From: Camelus ferus
Taxonomy: Eukaryota
Direction: 5' to 3'
NCBI RefSeq assembly: GCF_009834535.1
Contig: NC_045697.1
Span: 62,374,001-62,438,000, forward strand
Length of the DNA stretch: 64,000 nt
Position 1 is the stretch's first letter, and the number at the start of each line of letters is the position of its first letter. Position numbers and translations under genes: made by a program. A model generated the notes under the pieces. That model did not search any database. It saw nothing but the letters and a program-made list of their open reading frames with translations, and was not told the DNA's origin. Positions 23,846-37,815 of the stretch are shown here, piece after piece.

Positions 23846-26032
23846 ATCAACTTAAAAATGTAGAAAAGATTTGAATAAATATTTCTCCAAAGAAGATAAA
23901 CAAATGGCCAATAAACACATGAAAATATATTCAACATCATTAGCCATTAGGGAAACGCAAATTAAAACAGGAAGATACCAATTTACATCCACGAGGATAA
24001 CCATACATTAAGAAAGACAGTAATAAGTGTTGACCAAGACACAGAGGAATTGAAACCATCATGCATGGCTGGTGGGATTTTAAAGTGGCTTAGCCATTTT
24101 GGAAAACACTTTGGCATTTCCTCAAAATTTTAGCCTAGAGTTTTCTGTATGACCTAGCAATTCCATACCTAGGTATATACTCCAGGTTGAAAATACATGT
24201 CCAAACAAAAACTTGAACACAAATGTACATAGCAGTGTTATTCCTAATAGCCAAACAATGGAAACAACCCAAACATCTCTCAAGTGATGAATGGATAGAT
24301 AAAATGTGGCATATCCTTAAAATGGAATATTATCTGGCTAAAAAAGAATGTATGCTACAACGTGGATAAACCTTGAAAACATCATGCTAAGTGAAATAAT
24401 CCCACCACAGAAGCAACATATTGTATTATTAAAGTTACATGAAATTCAGAATAGGCAAATCTATAGAGACAGAAAGCAAATTAGCTTGCTAGCAGCTGGG
24501 GGAAGGTAGAATGGAACATGACTCCTAATGAATGCTGGGTTCCTTTTTGGGGTGATGGAAGTGCTCTAAAATCAGACATTGGTGATGGTTACACAGCTCT
24601 GTTCATCTACTAAAACCTATTGAATTGTACACTTTAAAACAGTTAATTCTATAGTATGTCAGTTATATCCCAATGAAGTTGTTATTAAAAAATAATAGTT
24701 CAAATCAAGACATTTAGGATACTTCTCTGGTTATTGATCCAATTTCTAGTTTAATAAAGTTTATATGTAAAACAAAGGAATTGAGTAGATGGTTTCTAAG
24801 TTTGCCTCCAGAAGTACAATTTGAATTTTATGATTCTATAATTTAATCCAAAATCTGAAGGAAATCTGATCTAATTGTGATCCGTATATGCCTCTAATTG
24901 AACTTCTGTCTGCCTCCCTCTCTTTGCCTCTCTTTTTTTCCCATTTTGAGATGAATATTTTTGATTCATCAAGAGTAAGAAGATTCTAAATGGTGATAAA
25001 AGACATCAAATTAGCCTTTTATAACATTTAAAGCTCAGTACTTATTACATAAATACAATGAGATTTTAACAAAGTAGGTAGAGAAATTCAAATGAAAAAC
25101 ACAGAAGACTTGTTTGGAGAATCCAATCTAAAGTATTGGTAGAGTCCATCATTATTAAATTTGTATATGTTTAAACCAAAAAAGCAAAAAAAAAAAAATC
25201 CAATTATACGATTATCCATGATCATTATTTGATTTGATCCCATGGTAGGTAATTTCATAAATAAACCTCATTATACAAGATCACTGTAGTGATCAATTTA
25301 GCTTAGAAAAAGCACTCCATCTGACATCATCAGTTGGAAATATGTTCTAGGCAATGTCAATTTCTTTTGACAAATGAATTGCAAACTGAAACTTAAACCA
25401 ATGCATTTACTGAATGCCTTTTACTGTGCTGGGGCTCAGAAAAAATATTAAGAAGTATAAAATCAATAGTTTTAACCTCAAGAAAGTTTCCAAGTTTCTC
25501 TCTAGTTCAGAAGATCCTTGTCAAACCCTATTAATCTTTCAAGATCTACACCGTTCCTCTCCGAAGTTTTTTTGCCCCTCATAGGCAGAGATGGTTGAGA
25601 ATTATCATATCTTTTATTGTATTTATTTTAAGTATCTGTTTACATGTCTGCCTGCCTTTCCAGGTCTTGAGCTCTAGGAAAGTAACTTATTATTCATTCT
25701 TCCATTCATTCATATGATAAGTATTTATCAAATATCTATTACCATCCTAGGCTTTCAATGATAAGAACAAAAAGGTGCAGTTCCATTTTCCACTGAACTT
25801 TCAGTCTAATGATACATTAAACACATACTGTAAATTCAATAATCTAGTAATTGCTTCTCACGTGTGCAAATAAAGCACAACTTTTTTATTTTCTGCATCC
25901 CACTTTAGAATATAAAGTAATGGTCTCTCAATTTCTCCCAGCATAAATAACCTCTTTGGCTTGTTTCAGTCTTTTTGGTGTAACTTTTTAGCCTTTTAAA
26001 TTTCTTTCTTCTCCCTCCTGTTCTAATTCCAG

Positions 26033-26420
26033 ATATTTTAGGTTTTTAGGAGGCTTAAATTACCTTGTGGGAACAGGGGAGAAGAGGGTTTTGAAGGCAT
26101 ATTGATTTCTACGAACACTTGCTGATTTTCTGTGCAGTGTGGAATCTTATCTAGCTCCTGACTGGTATCCACTGGGATATGATCACGTCTGTGTGGTGTT
26201 TTGAGACAACGTGCTGGACCTGCTCTGAGGTCAATGGTCTCAGTCATTTGCCTGTAGTGTTGAAATCCTGGAATATTTCAGCCATGACCCCCACACCTTC
26301 ACCAGATTATTGGTCCTCTCATACTCTGTATCTTGGGTTATGTGGACACTTCTGAAACCATATATGGGGCACATGGAGAGCTGGTATTTATTAGGCCTAC
26401 CTTGCTGAGAACATCCCTGC
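26033..26420 (+). pseudogene. Large exon remnant (YFRFLGGLNYLVGTGEKRVLKAY*FLRTLADFLCSVESYLAPDWYPLGYDHV... then, in another frame, HQIIGPLILCILGYVDTSETIYGAHGELVFIRPTLLRTSL)
   Basis: Long pyrimidine tract plus ccag| and consensus donor |gtaagt. TGA at 26103, 26202 and 26226. Probable frameshift before ~26300. Confidence 0.55.
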
Positions 26421-26564
26421 GTAAGTGTTGTTATTGATTCTGGGCTGAGCTGGATGTCAAGTCAAACACCGGGTTTCTCACAGAGACCTGGGGCTTCTGC
26501 CAAGTTGTACCAGGGGAAGCAGGCCATTATCTTTGATATTCTTACGTCTGTCTAATTTCTTCAG

Positions 26565-26648
26565 AACTGGACCCTAAAGACAATTATCGTATGATCTTTT
26601 ACCTCAAGCCCAAAATAAATGGATTGACTTAGTAACATTATCTTACCT
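26565..26648 (+). pseudogene. Exon remnant LDPKDNYRMIFYLKPKINGLT
   Basis: ctaatttcttcag| acceptor. Phase 1 matches the 3' frame of the previous exon. Donor ambiguous (26631 or 26648). Confidence 0.35.
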
Positions 26649-26769
26649 GTAAGGCAGCATCTTAAGTGTAATTCCACAGCATAGGCACTATGAACCAGTG
26701 TGGGAGGCGTTTAACCGGTCCTGTCTGAGGCAGTTATGGCTGTGGTGCTTGGATGGTGATTTTCCTCAT

Positions 26770-28250
26770 TCTTTCTATGTTTTTAATTGGAAATTTTTGT
26801 AAGGAAGACTAGTCCCTCTGCACCTACCCCCTGCCCCCATTTAATAATTTGTCTGTTTATCTATTCACTTTTTGGAGAGTTTGTTTATATCCCTGTGGAT
26901 ATTTATATCATTCTTTGGGTTACAGTCCAATACTACTGTTAACTTACTTTGTTCTTGAAAATGTTCTGATTTTGGCTATTGGGAGTTTTACTTATTCAGG
27001 TCTCCTGTGCCCTTTCAATACGTCTTGATCTCCTATTACTTATTTTTAATCACTTCCTTACTTTCTGGCATCACAAGCTGTTCTAGAATTATCTAATGTT
27101 TTCCCTGCCCCAGCCATAGGATAAACTGGTTGTACCAGGAGCCCTGGTTCCTTTTATTAGACAATGATACTTAGAAACCAAGTTCACTGCTGCAGGGTTA
27201 ATACTTCTTCTAGTACCTCTTAGTGGATACAACTGGGGAATATATGTATGTACCCTAACTCATGCCTATAAACATATTTCTGTCTATTTATTTGTAGGTA
27301 TTAAAAAAAAATCATGAATTCATTTGAATACTCCCATCTCCAGTCCAGTACCACATGGTTCATGCCAGCATCCATCCTTTCCTTATTTGTAACTTCTTTC
27401 TTTGACAGTGAGAAACCCAATTCTCAATTTCCACAGTGTATTTATTTATTAGTTCAACCCTAGTGCAAAAATAGTTTCAGAATTGCCAGTCCATACCTCT
27501 GTGAGGAATAAATTTATCAACTCTAGCAGGGATTGGCCAAGTACAGCTCACAGGCCAAATCTAACCCAGCACCTGTTTAATAAAGTTGCATTGGGATATA
27601 GCCATGCTCATTTGTTTATGTATTTCTGTGGCTGCTTCTGTGCTCCAACTACAGGGTTGAGTAGTTGTGACAGGGACTGTTGTCTGCAAAGCCTAACATA
27701 TTGAATGATGAGTCCTTTTCTGAAAAAGTTTGCCAAGCCCTAAATTAGAGCCCAGTGTTGGTGTACACTTCTTTTTGAGTTTAGCTTTGAAGTATCCAGT
27801 CAAATAGCTGTTTGCCAGAGTTACTTGGGTCAGCAGCCTTTTGTGGTTATGCAATTTCTTTGTAATACAGCTGGATTTGTCACAGTCGGCATCCCTCCCC
27901 ACATCCTGTTTGGTTTGATTTCTTCGAAGTTAATATGCAGTAAATTCACTCTTTGTGATGCGCAGCTCTTTGAGTTTTGACAAATGCAAGAACTCATGTG
28001 TTTACCATCACAATTCCCTATGGAATAGTTTTCTTAGCCCCCTGATTCCATCATGTTGCTCATTTATATTCAACCCCTCTCTTCATGCCTTTATCACTGG
28101 CAACCACTAATCTGCTTTCTATCTCTATAGTTTTCCTTTTTTTCCAGAATGCTATATATAAATGGAATAGTGCAAAATGAGCCTTTTTATGTCTGACTTC
28201 TTTCACTTGGCAAAGTGCATTTAAGATCTAAGTATGTTGTTGTGCTAAGA
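26770..28250 (-). mobile_element. Old L1MC-like fragments with a MER58-like hAT insertion (~27527-27741)
   Basis: L1MC 3'UTR-like text. MER58-like cagggattggc...aataaagtt.cattgg.a.a.agccatgctcattt...aaagtttgcc.agccct. Confidence 0.65.
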
Positions 28251-28682
28251 TATTAATGACCTGGTCTTTTACAGAAAAAGTTTACTGACCCCTGTTGTAA
28301 AGAAGGAAGGGAAGGGGAGAAAAGGAGTGGCTTTGTTAGAGATATGACATAGGGGACAAAGAAGAAATTAAAGATGGTTCTGTAACTTTGAACTTTGGTT
28401 ATGAAGAGAATGTTTTACCTCAATAAAAATAGTGAAGCCATGTGTTGGGGGGTTTTGTCAAATGGCCAGATACCTTTGTATAATTTATCATTATCTGAAG
28501 CTAGAAAAATAACATTAAGAGATCACGAGTTGGCCAAAATCAAACCCCATCAAAGTGGCAAGTGTATCAGTTTTCATTCTAGTTGCTGGGGATTAGGAGA
28601 TCTTCCGTAGTAGGAGACAGGATGCAAACGTAGAAGAAAGCTTCTATGTCATTTGGCCTGTCTGATTTTTCTTTGTCTAAAG

Positions 28683-28747
28683 AAGGGTTGTCCAGAAAGC
28701 TCTTCAGAAGACAATGGAAATCCTTTCATTACATATATATTTTTCAG
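28683..28747 (+). pseudogene. Exon remnant, preferred frame RVVQKALQKTMEILSLHIYFS
   Basis: tttttctttgtctaaag| ... CAG|gtaaca. All three frames are open; the frame was chosen by phase with the next exon. Confidence 0.4.
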
Positions 28748-29417
28748 GTAACATATTGTCATTCTAAATTTCAGATGGTAGAGAGAAGTGAAACTAACTC
28801 TGCAATCCCACATCCTTCAGGATAACTACCGTTGACCTGTGGGGTAATTCCTTTCCAAATTCCTCACACATACAGATAGAAAGACGTTACCACCCCTTAA
28901 TACTCTCCCTTTAGCTGCTTTTCAATGTAATAATATATTGTCTGTGTCTTTTTTTATAATACTTGCAGTTCTACTTTATCATTTTTAATGATGGAATAAT
29001 ATTCCATTGTAAAGTTATGCCATTATTATATAATCAAACCATTTTTGATGTTAATATAGGTGATGGCTAAGTTTTCACTGTTAAAACTCAAAGACCACCA
29101 TTCTCTGCATACATATTCATGATTTCTTCACCATGTTCCTACCATAAATTCCTAGAAGCAGAACTTCTAATTAAAAAGATTACTTTTAAAAAATCATTTG
29201 TGTTTTTAAGGCTCCGTCTGAAAGTAAAAACATTTAGGGAAACTTCCTAAGTTCAGGGAGTCTGTCAAAGATAATTATAAAGGAATATAACAAGGTTATT
29301 TTTGAAGGTGGGAGAAGCAGACTAGAGGTGAGGTTGTTAACCAGAAAGTATCAGTATTAAAGAAAAACAGATATGATGGTCAGCTTGTCTTCATTCTTTC
29401 TCTGTATTTTCGCATAG

Positions 29418-29568
29418 ATTTCAGCCCTAGAGGATGAAGTAAAGAGGAAGAGGAGGAACTGATAGGAAAACACCTCAATTGCTTAATAGGGTCTTTTTGT
29501 TTAATCTTCAGAGGGTACTCATTTGACCTGACCGTGATTGAAAAGAAGATTGCATGTTGCCTCTATAA
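29418..29568 (+). pseudogene. Exon remnant (D)FSPRG*SKEEEEELIGKHLNCLIGSFCLIFRGYSFDLTVIEKKIACCLY
   Basis: Strong acceptor ttctttctctgtattttcgcatag|. TGA at 29435. 3' end uncertain. Confidence 0.4.
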
Positions 29569-30629
29569 GCAAAAACCTTAGAGAAAACATGAACTTCACT
29601 ATTTATCACTTCTTTTACCTCACATTTTTTATTCATAATTTCTTTACTATTTTCCTAGCATAAGTTTCTAGAAGCAAGAAGTTTTCTCTGGTATTACCAT
29701 TTTTGAATACTTTTATAAAACTCATTTTCTGGTCTGATCATTTGGTGGTTAGCAAATACCACAATGTGCTGATAGTCTTTTAATGAGTTTTGTCTGAATA
29801 TACTCAACTAGTAAAAATTCTTTGAGAGTACTATCTTTAATATTGAGTGTGTAGGTTGAAAGTGTTTTTTGATTGATTCCTGTTACCTAGATATTGATTC
29901 CACTATGCAGTATTTTAATAATCAATAAACACAGGAAGTGGGAAAATCTACCATTTAAATACATGTAAATGACTCACACCTCCCCACTGTATGATGAATT
30001 TATCATAATTTTGTGAAAAGTACATTTCCATTTCTAAATTGTGCTTATCTGGTTTTCTTTACTCTAGTGAAAGATATATCATTTATCTAGTTGCCAAATA
30101 CAGAAAACTTCGTTTTTCCTTCTGCTTAAGTTTCTGAGATCCATCCATATTTTTCTATTTCCAAAATTACTTTTGGTACTTTTCACTCTCTTAGACAATC
30201 CATCAGCCTTCTAATTTGTCTACCTACCTCTGGCCATGCCCTACTCTCAGACATTCACTTTAGTACAGGTAGAAGACTTCTAAATGAAAACAAATCTCAC
30301 GATACCACTCTGTGTAGGACTCTTCAATGCTATCCCTTTGGGAAAACTCTAACAGGCATTTGAGGCTCTAGATTCTGGTCCCTGTGTATTTCTCCAGTCT
30401 CCTTCAGACCTTTCTCTTTCTGTGCTCCACATTCCAGACATTCTAAAATACTAGTTAGACCCTAAGTATATACAATGTCTTCTCTCTGGCTTTTTTCCAT
30501 TGAGGTGTAAGGCTGGAATTAAGACACAATATTAATGTTATCTTGACATCTGTAAAGTGGGGAGAAACTTGAATGGCCTAACCACAAGTTCCCCTTCCCT
30601 CTGCTCCTGCAGATGAAGAATCCTAGTCC

Positions 30630-30975
30630 TAACCACCCAGGATCTGTGGTCTGCTAGCTGGGAAAGCCAATGGTGTAATTCAGTCTGAATCAGAAGACCT
30701 AAGAACCAGGAGCATTGATGTCCAAGGGCAAGAGAAAATGGATGTCCTGGACCAAGCAAAGGGAACAAATTCACCCCTCTTCTGGCTTTTTGCTCTATTA
30801 TTCAGACCCTCAACAGATGGAGGAAGCCCCCCTGCATTGGTAAGGGTGAGCCTTACTCAGTCTGATCCAAATGCTAATCTCTTCTGGAAACAACCTCACA
30901 GACACACTTGGAAATAACGTGTATCCGCTACCTGGGCATCCCTTAGTCCAGACAAACTGACACATAAAATCACAA
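30630..30975. mobile_element. MLT2-like (ERVL) LTR fragment
   Basis: ggtgtaattcagtctga...agaaccaggag...aaatgctaatctcttctggaaaca.cctcacagacacac...tgacacataaaat. Confidence 0.7.
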
Positions 30976-31589
30976 GAGGGGAAGAGAGTGTGGCCAATTC
31001 TCCACTTGCCCACCTTGTTCCAGTCCTTCTCAACATCACTTTGGTTCTGGAGGAAAGCAAAGGAGGCATGACAACACACTTAGTTGGCAGAGGCAGATAT
31101 AACTAAGTCTTTGGTGCCCTCTAAATACAGCAGATTCCCAGTGTTCATTCTTCTTCTCCTGAAATATTTTTGTGAGTTTCTTTGACTTTTCCCCTTTGGA
31201 AAAGACACAAAAATTCAGCTCTTATGCTGTAAGGAATGTTTCCCCTAAAGTTATCCTCTACATGGCCCCTGTCTTCCAGCTACTTCTTCACTGGACAGTA
31301 TCTTTGGTCTCTCTTCCTGCTCAAGGCTCCTTGTTCCTGGCAGCAAATGCTCTTGTAGAGGGTGTTCCTCTTAAATGAGCCTTGTGGGCTCAAAATTTGC
31401 ATCTGGGCATAGGAACCATGCCTCTGTGACCTAGTAGTGGTGGAAAATATAGACTTCTTTCTTTACTCTGCAGACCCAGGTTCAGACTTTCCCTTTGGAA
31501 TTTCTCAGGTGGGAGGCAAAAACCAGATGTTTATGTTCTCCAAACTTTAGTAAACAGACATTTACTTCTGTCAGCAGTACCTTGGTTGA

Positions 31590-31670
31590 TACATTCAATA
31601 GCCTTGAGGTCTCAGGCATCCACTGGGAGGCTTGGAAAGTATCCCCTGCAGATAAGGGGGGACCACTGTA
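31590..31670. mobile_element. MER2/Tigger terminal fragment
   Basis: caggcatccactggg.g.cttggaa.gtatcccc.gc.gataagggggga.cactgTA. Confidence 0.75.
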
Positions 31671-31679
31671 CACAACTCA

Positions 31680-32490
31680 ATGAGTTTGAGGTTAAGTATA
31701 CAACCATGAAACCATCTCCACCATCAAGGTCATAGATATATCCATCACCTTGTAAAGCTTCCTCCTACCCTCATTATTATTATTATTACTTTATTATAAT
31801 TTTTATTTTTGTTATTTTTTGTGGTAAGAACAGTGTATACGATCTACACTTTAAAAAAATTTTATGTGTTCAATGTAGTATTGGTAGCTCTAGGTGCCAT
31901 GCTGTAAGGTAGATCTCTAGAACTTATTTATCTTGTATAACTGAAACTGTATTCTTTGTCCAACACCTTCCCATTTCTCCTCCTCCCAGATCCTGGCAAC
32001 TATCACTCTACCCTGTTTCTATGTGTTTGACAATTTTAGATTCCACATTTGAGTAAGATCATGTAGTATTTGTCTTTTTATACCTGGCTTGTTGCACTTA
32101 GCATGCTGTCTAAGTCTATCCATGTTATCACAAATGACAGGATTTCCTTCTTTTTTATGGCTGAATAATATTCTGCTGTATATATATATACTACATTTTC
32201 TTGATTCATTCATCCCTTGATGGACATTTAGATTGTTTATATATCTTGGCTATTGTCAATAATGCTTCAATGAACATGAGAGTGCAGGCATCTCTTGGAT
32301 ATCCCAATTTCAATTCCTTGGGATATATATTCAGAAGTGGGGTTTCTGGATCATATGGTAGTTCTACTTTTAATATTTTGAGGAACCTCTATACTGTATT
32401 CAATAATGACTGTACCAATTTACCTTCCTTATAAAAGTGCACAGTGTTCCTTTCCTCCACAACCTTGCCAACACTTGTTATCTTTCATTT
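31680..32490 (-). mobile_element. L1MA-like 3' end
   Basis: Typical antisense L1 3'UTR/ORF2 text (cttggctattgt.aataatgct.caatgaacat). Confidence 0.85.
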
Positions 32491-33254
32491 TTAAAATTAT
32501 TAAGGATGGGCCTCATTTTCAGATCTGAGTTTCCTGGTGTCAGTGCAAATAAGGGCACCAAATCAATATCTAAATTTGTTTTATCCACAATAGGAAACAA
32601 AAATCTCTTCTTGTACCTTGAAGAATGGCCCCTAAGGAAGATATTAATAACGACTCGTTTGATGGTGGAAAGTCTCAATAATCTCTCTCTGGAATATTTG
32701 ATTTTAAGCAACATAACTTCCTGATGGACCTTCTAGGATGAACTTGTAGCAAAATGCATAATGTGTAAAGAAATAAGGTCAAGTACACTTTGGAAAATGT
32801 CTTCCAAAATTGCTGCACTGAGTTTGAGAGCAATTCATCTTCAGCTGGTATCTGCAGTAGTTAAATGGTAAATGGTACCCACTGAAGCTAAATCACTTAA
32901 TAAGTAAAGAGAAGACTAATAGCACGAAGACTCACATCTGGCATTTTAAAAAAAGTTTGAAATAATTGAGATTTTAATTTAAAAAGGAGGGTGAAAATAT
33001 ATCTCTGCTTTACACAGCTCTAAATTAGAATGTAAAAACAATGTATTCTGCTGTTTTTGGATGGAATGCCGTGTAAATATCTATCAAGTCCAACTGGTCT
33101 ATTGTATCATTTAAAACCACTATTGCCTTATTGATTTTGTGTCTGGATGATCCATCCATTCATGTAAGTGGAGTGTTAAAGTCCCTTCTATTGCATTGTT
33201 GTCAATTTCTCCCTTATGTCTGTCAGTATTTGCTTTATGTATATAAGTCCTCCT

Positions 33255-33510
33255 GTAGATGCACAGGGCAAGCTAGGTGGTAAGGGGCGTGTAGCTTTCA
33301 AGTTCTCTGAGTGCACCACTCTCCCAAGTCTCCATGTATCCACTGAACCAGAAACTCTCTGAACCTCATACTTTTTGGGTTTTTACAGAGGCTTCATTGC
33401 ATAGCTATGATTGATTAAATCACCGGCCATTGGCAAGACTGATTTAGCCTCCAGCCCCTCTCCGCTCCCCAGATGTTGGTGGGGTGGGAAAGTTCCAACC
33501 CTCCACAAAA
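33255..33510. mobile_element. MER21-like LTR fragment, preceded by a short L1 piece (33040-33250)
   Basis: gaggcttcatt.cata.c.atgattgattaaatca..ggccattgg...ctccagcccctctcc, recalled consensus. Confidence 0.6.
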
Positions 33511-34027
33511 GTTGAATTTTTTTTTAAAGCTTTGGTTATTAAACATTTTAATTAAAATTTTAGCCTATTTTGAACAAATTGCATACTATGGTAGTACAAT
33601 GTTGTCATAGGACATATGATAATTTATAGAGTAGAATGTCCTCAGACATTTTTAAATTAAAGCAATAATAGGGACAACTTAGGTGTCACTTCAAGAATGG
33701 GACTTTTGACCATAGAACTATGGTTCTAGGCTTCATCAGCAGGCTCAGTTCTCTAGCCTTTATTACCCGGGGCATTGCTTCTGCCTTTTAGGTCACTTCT
33801 CTGACTGAAAACACTATTATTGTTAAAAAATAAAGATCTGATCTGAATGGTTTCTGATCCCTCACTGCCTTAAATAGATAATGCCGTTAGTTTGTGAGAC
33901 ATTCCATCTAAAATGTATCATTGTTATCTACTTCACAAATTGCAAGTTTGATTTATCAGACAGTATTCCACACGAGATATAAAACTTTGTCACTTTTGGC
34001 CCCTTTTTCATGTATTATTATCTTGAG

Positions 34028-34217
34028 GAGAAATTTACTGGGAGCAGTATAAGACCTTACAACAATGTCTTTTATTTTGCAAAATTTACTCTGAAAATTC
34101 TCAAGTGCCTCAGCACCTGCAGAGAAAGAATTTTCTTAGCTAGAGAAGACTCAATTGACTTTATCAACAATTTCAAATTTATTGACCATAAAATATTCTT
34201 TAAAAAAATTCAGCAAG
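34028..34217 (+). pseudogene. Exon remnant EKFTGSSIRPYNNVFYFAKFTLKILKCLSTCRERIFLAREDSIDFINNFKFIDHKIFFKKIQQ
   Basis: Open frame (ORF track 34010-34240) ending at donor AAG|gtattt. Acceptor weak. Confidence 0.45.
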
Positions 34218-35576
34218 GTATTTATAATTTTAAAATATAAAAGGAATAAAATAGGATTAAAATATACTTTTCAGAGAAATTCAGGGCTATCATGTTAGAG
34301 ACAGATACCACTAAGAAATCTATTAATGAATGTGAATATGTACCAAGAATATTTATTCTGCTTATGCTGTCTTTTAATATTCACATCATGAATATGAGGT
34401 TTAAAATTTGTTTGTCTTAGTGTATAGATATGCCAGTTTTATTTTTAGAAAAATTTATATAGTTTTGAGAACAATGTGAAAAAATATTTTGTTAACTCTC
34501 AAATATGTCCTGATCTGGACAACAAATTACATGGTCATTCTTAAATCATCTCATTTAGGTGCAGCCTGCTCTGTCAGTAGATGGCAGTTCTGACAATGTT
34601 ATCTAAGGAGAGTCATGCAGGTGGGGAAAACCAGTTTAGTGCATGAATATATATCACAGAGAATATAACTGGACTGTGGAGAGAAGTGTGGCTTCCTTGT
34701 GTCCATTTCATCCTCTTGAGATAGATTTGTACAGAGCTGAAATTAAGCTGCCTGATTCATGCAGACATTTAAAAATTAGTATAGAAATGTAAAATATCTT
34801 TATTATTCTGTCAGTTGAATTTATCCTATCTTCCTTCTATGGGATGTATGATGTTAGACTGAAACTATAAATGAAAAATAAAGGATGGTGATTTAATTTT
34901 ACTAATATGCTGAAGTTAATAGAAGAATAGTGATAAGTGATAAAAAATAATAATAAACTCATAGACTAGAAACTATAAATTGTTCTTGCCTAATGTAGAG
35001 TTGAGAACTCCAAACTTGCTCTTGTAGAAAAATGTTTAATCATTTCTAGAATTAGGATGAAAATTAAATTCTAGGCAGAATCTCAATGTGTATATATTTA
35101 TGATTTGCAGTTGAGTAGTCAACTGAATTTAATTAGCTCCGAATATATTTGTACTTACATATTAGGCATTTCAAATACGCTGTTTGTGTATTTCATTGAC
35201 AGGTCATAAAAAAGATTATTTCAAACTTTAAGAGAAAGTGAACTGAGGGGTTTTTGGAAGGTGGGGGAAAGTAACTAAATTGGGTAAAATTTCCTCCTGC
35301 ATCTCTGCCTTTTTCTGTGCTATTAGTTTCCCATCTTCTGTAGTCAGAGAAGATGGTGTTATGTTCCCACAATATCCTTTCACCTACCAGAAGTGGTGAG
35401 GTAAATTCTAGGCATGAATATGATAAAATGTATTTGGAGAAGACAATCCAAAGTATTTAAAAATTGAAAGCATGACAATAATTTCCCAGGGCAAAATAAT
35501 GATGCAATTGTTAGAGGAAGTGGGAGAAACAAAGATTTTTCAGAATCAAAAGTTCTGATCAAAAGTAAACTGATCC

Positions 35577-36021
35577 TGTTATGGAAATGACAGGCCAGCC
35601 AAGAAACAAGCACCACTTGGAGCGTTGGAGTACTCACATGTATTACGCTGGTGGGCTCAGAGGGGCTTCTGCTCCAGAGCTCTGAGCACCTCCAAGATGT
35701 GCGCATGAGGTTTTACAGGGTAAAGTACAAGCTTGGGGTATTCGGCCAATAGGCATGGAACAGCTTTAGCAGCATCATTATCACAAAAGTGGAGGCAGGG
35801 AGGCAGCAAACCAACATTCCAAAGCCAGATATATCTCTTTGAAAATCCAGCTGGCTAGCAAAAAAAACATGAACAGCAAACCAACACTAACTTAGATTTA
35901 TGAGTTAGTCCAGCAGAACTCAGATCAGTATTCCGATACTTAGATTTGTGAGTTATCTTGTTAGCCTGCATTCTTAGACTTGTGAGTTATCTTGCTGGCC
36001 CAGCCCAGCTTTTCCTTCACA
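35577..36021 (-). mobile_element. Solo ERV1 LTR, family A, copy 1
   Basis: TG...CA ends, perfect 4-bp TSD ATCC, homologous to 37263-37724 and 40798-41323. Confidence 0.9.
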
Positions 36022-37262
36022 ATCCAATGTGAAAGATTTATGTATGGTAACTTGCCAAAAAGCCTTAGTCTAAGGTCAGGAAGAAATCAAAAGTATAAGA
36101 AGAAAGAAGTTGGGGAAAACCCAACCTGGCACAACAGCTTTGAGATGAAGCTAAAAGGAAATTGACTTGAAACCCAGATTTGAAGACATTTCCCTTCCAT
36201 GATCTAGGGATCTGGAGTAAGGCACTCAACTTCCTAGTAAATGTATCCAAACTCTTCAGTTTCCAAGTCAAGGCCCTTTGGGAGATGTCTTAGCCTCTGT
36301 TTGTTTCCTTGTCACTTCTGTAACAGCCAACATGTATCCAATGAGCATACAGGGCTGCTCAGGGTTGAGTACCTGTCCAGGCCTCCCTGTCTCCATGTTG
36401 GCCTGGCTCTTGAATTCCTCCTTTCCTAGACTATCCAAGACTATCCACACCTGTGTTTGAAATTGCACAGACTCCTCATATTTGATCAAAAGGATCACTT
36501 TATAGATTTTCCTCTGATTCCCTCAGCTGGAAGTACTTGTACCTTCTTCTAAATCCTAATCTCATTACTGTATATCTCATTCAGTCACTTATTACCTTCT
36601 GATTTGATTTGAACTGTTGATGCATCCCTTTTCTAGGCTGAAAACCCTTGAGAAAAAGTCTATGTTTTTGTTGTTTACAGGGTGAGCCAGCCATGCCAAT
36701 AAATATTTGCAGAATAATTAATAATTTTATATTTAATTATTAAATTATTAAAATTATAAAAATAATGACAGAGTAATTAAATGACTCACTGACCTGGGTT
36801 ATTTTTTCAGGCAGATTATTGGGCCTTGGGGTCATTAATTTAAAAAAGGTACTGAGGACTGGAAAGGAAATCACAATGGTGAAGGGATTGCTTAATAGTT
36901 TAAATACGCTCATGTAACATTATATGAGACTCTAGGTTTGTTTACTTCTATTGTATCTGGTTTTTACACCACAGCAAACTTGAAATGGCTGTCTGTCCAC
37001 TGGATTACAATAGGCAGGTTGAAAAAGTAGAGGTTTTTTGTTTTGTTTTGTTTTTGAGACCTGGAGAACCATAATTGCTGGGGGAAATATCTTCTTACCT
37101 CTTACTACAGTGGGTGAGACTAGGTGTGCCAAAGAACAGGGGGGCCCTCCTATTTTGAGGTTTTCTTTGGGAGCTATACCTTTCCAACATTGGTGAAAGC
37201 GTCTAGCATAATACTTTAACAGATGCTCAGTGAAAAATTGTTTACTTTGTTGTTGAATTACC

Positions 37263-37724
37263 TGTGAAGGAAAAACCCGGCTGATCTAACAAGATAACTC
37301 ATAAGTCTAGGAATGTGAAGGAGAGGCTGGGCTAGGCTAACAAGATAACTCACAAATCTAAGTATTGAATACTGATCTGAGTTCTGCTAGACTAACTTGT
37401 AAATCTAGGTTAATTAGTGTTGGTTTGCTGTTCATGTTTTTTGCTAGCCAGCTGGGTTTTCAAAGATACATATCTGGCTTTGGAATGTTGGTTTGCTGCC
37501 TCCCCACCTCCACTTTTGTGATGATAATGATGCTAAAGCTGTTCCATGCCTATTGGCCTAATACCCCAAGCTTGTACTTTACCCTATAAAACCTCATGCG
37601 CACGTCCGAAGGTGCTCAGAGCTTCGGAGCAGAAGCCCCTCTGAGCCCGCCACCGTAATACATGTGAGTACTCCAACCCTCCGAGTGGTGCTTGTTTCTT
37701 GATTGGCCTGTCGTTTCCATAACA
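37263..37724 (+). mobile_element. Solo ERV1 LTR, family A, copy 2 (inverted relative to copies 1 and 3)
   Basis: TG...CA ends, TATA box cctataaaa at ~37585. TSD imperfect (acc). Confidence 0.9.
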
Positions 37725-37758
37725 ACCAAATGCCTCTGAAAGAATTCCCTACTTACAG

Positions 37759-37815
37759 TCATGAGCTATGAAATGAACTGTTTCAGTCTTTTGCAAACCA
37801 TCAACTGTGGAACAG
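37759..37815 (+). pseudogene. Small exon remnant (57 nt), frame ambiguous
   Basis: ttccctacttacag| ... CAG|gttaag. Length is a multiple of 3. Confidence 0.35.

Larger units (their letters stand above)
22670..24690 (+). mobile_element. L1MB-like 3' end, interrupted by a MaLR LTR
   Basis: ORF2 C-terminal and 3'UTR consensus (tggaaacaacccaaa..tct.caa.tgatgaatggata) ending in an A-rich tail. Confidence 0.85.

Noticed and set aside
34607..34660. Walker A-like GES.VGKTSLVHEYI
   Set aside because: Needs an assumed 2-nt frameshift, and no other NTPase motifs follow. Another frame of this candidate exon (34559 onward) is equally plausible.
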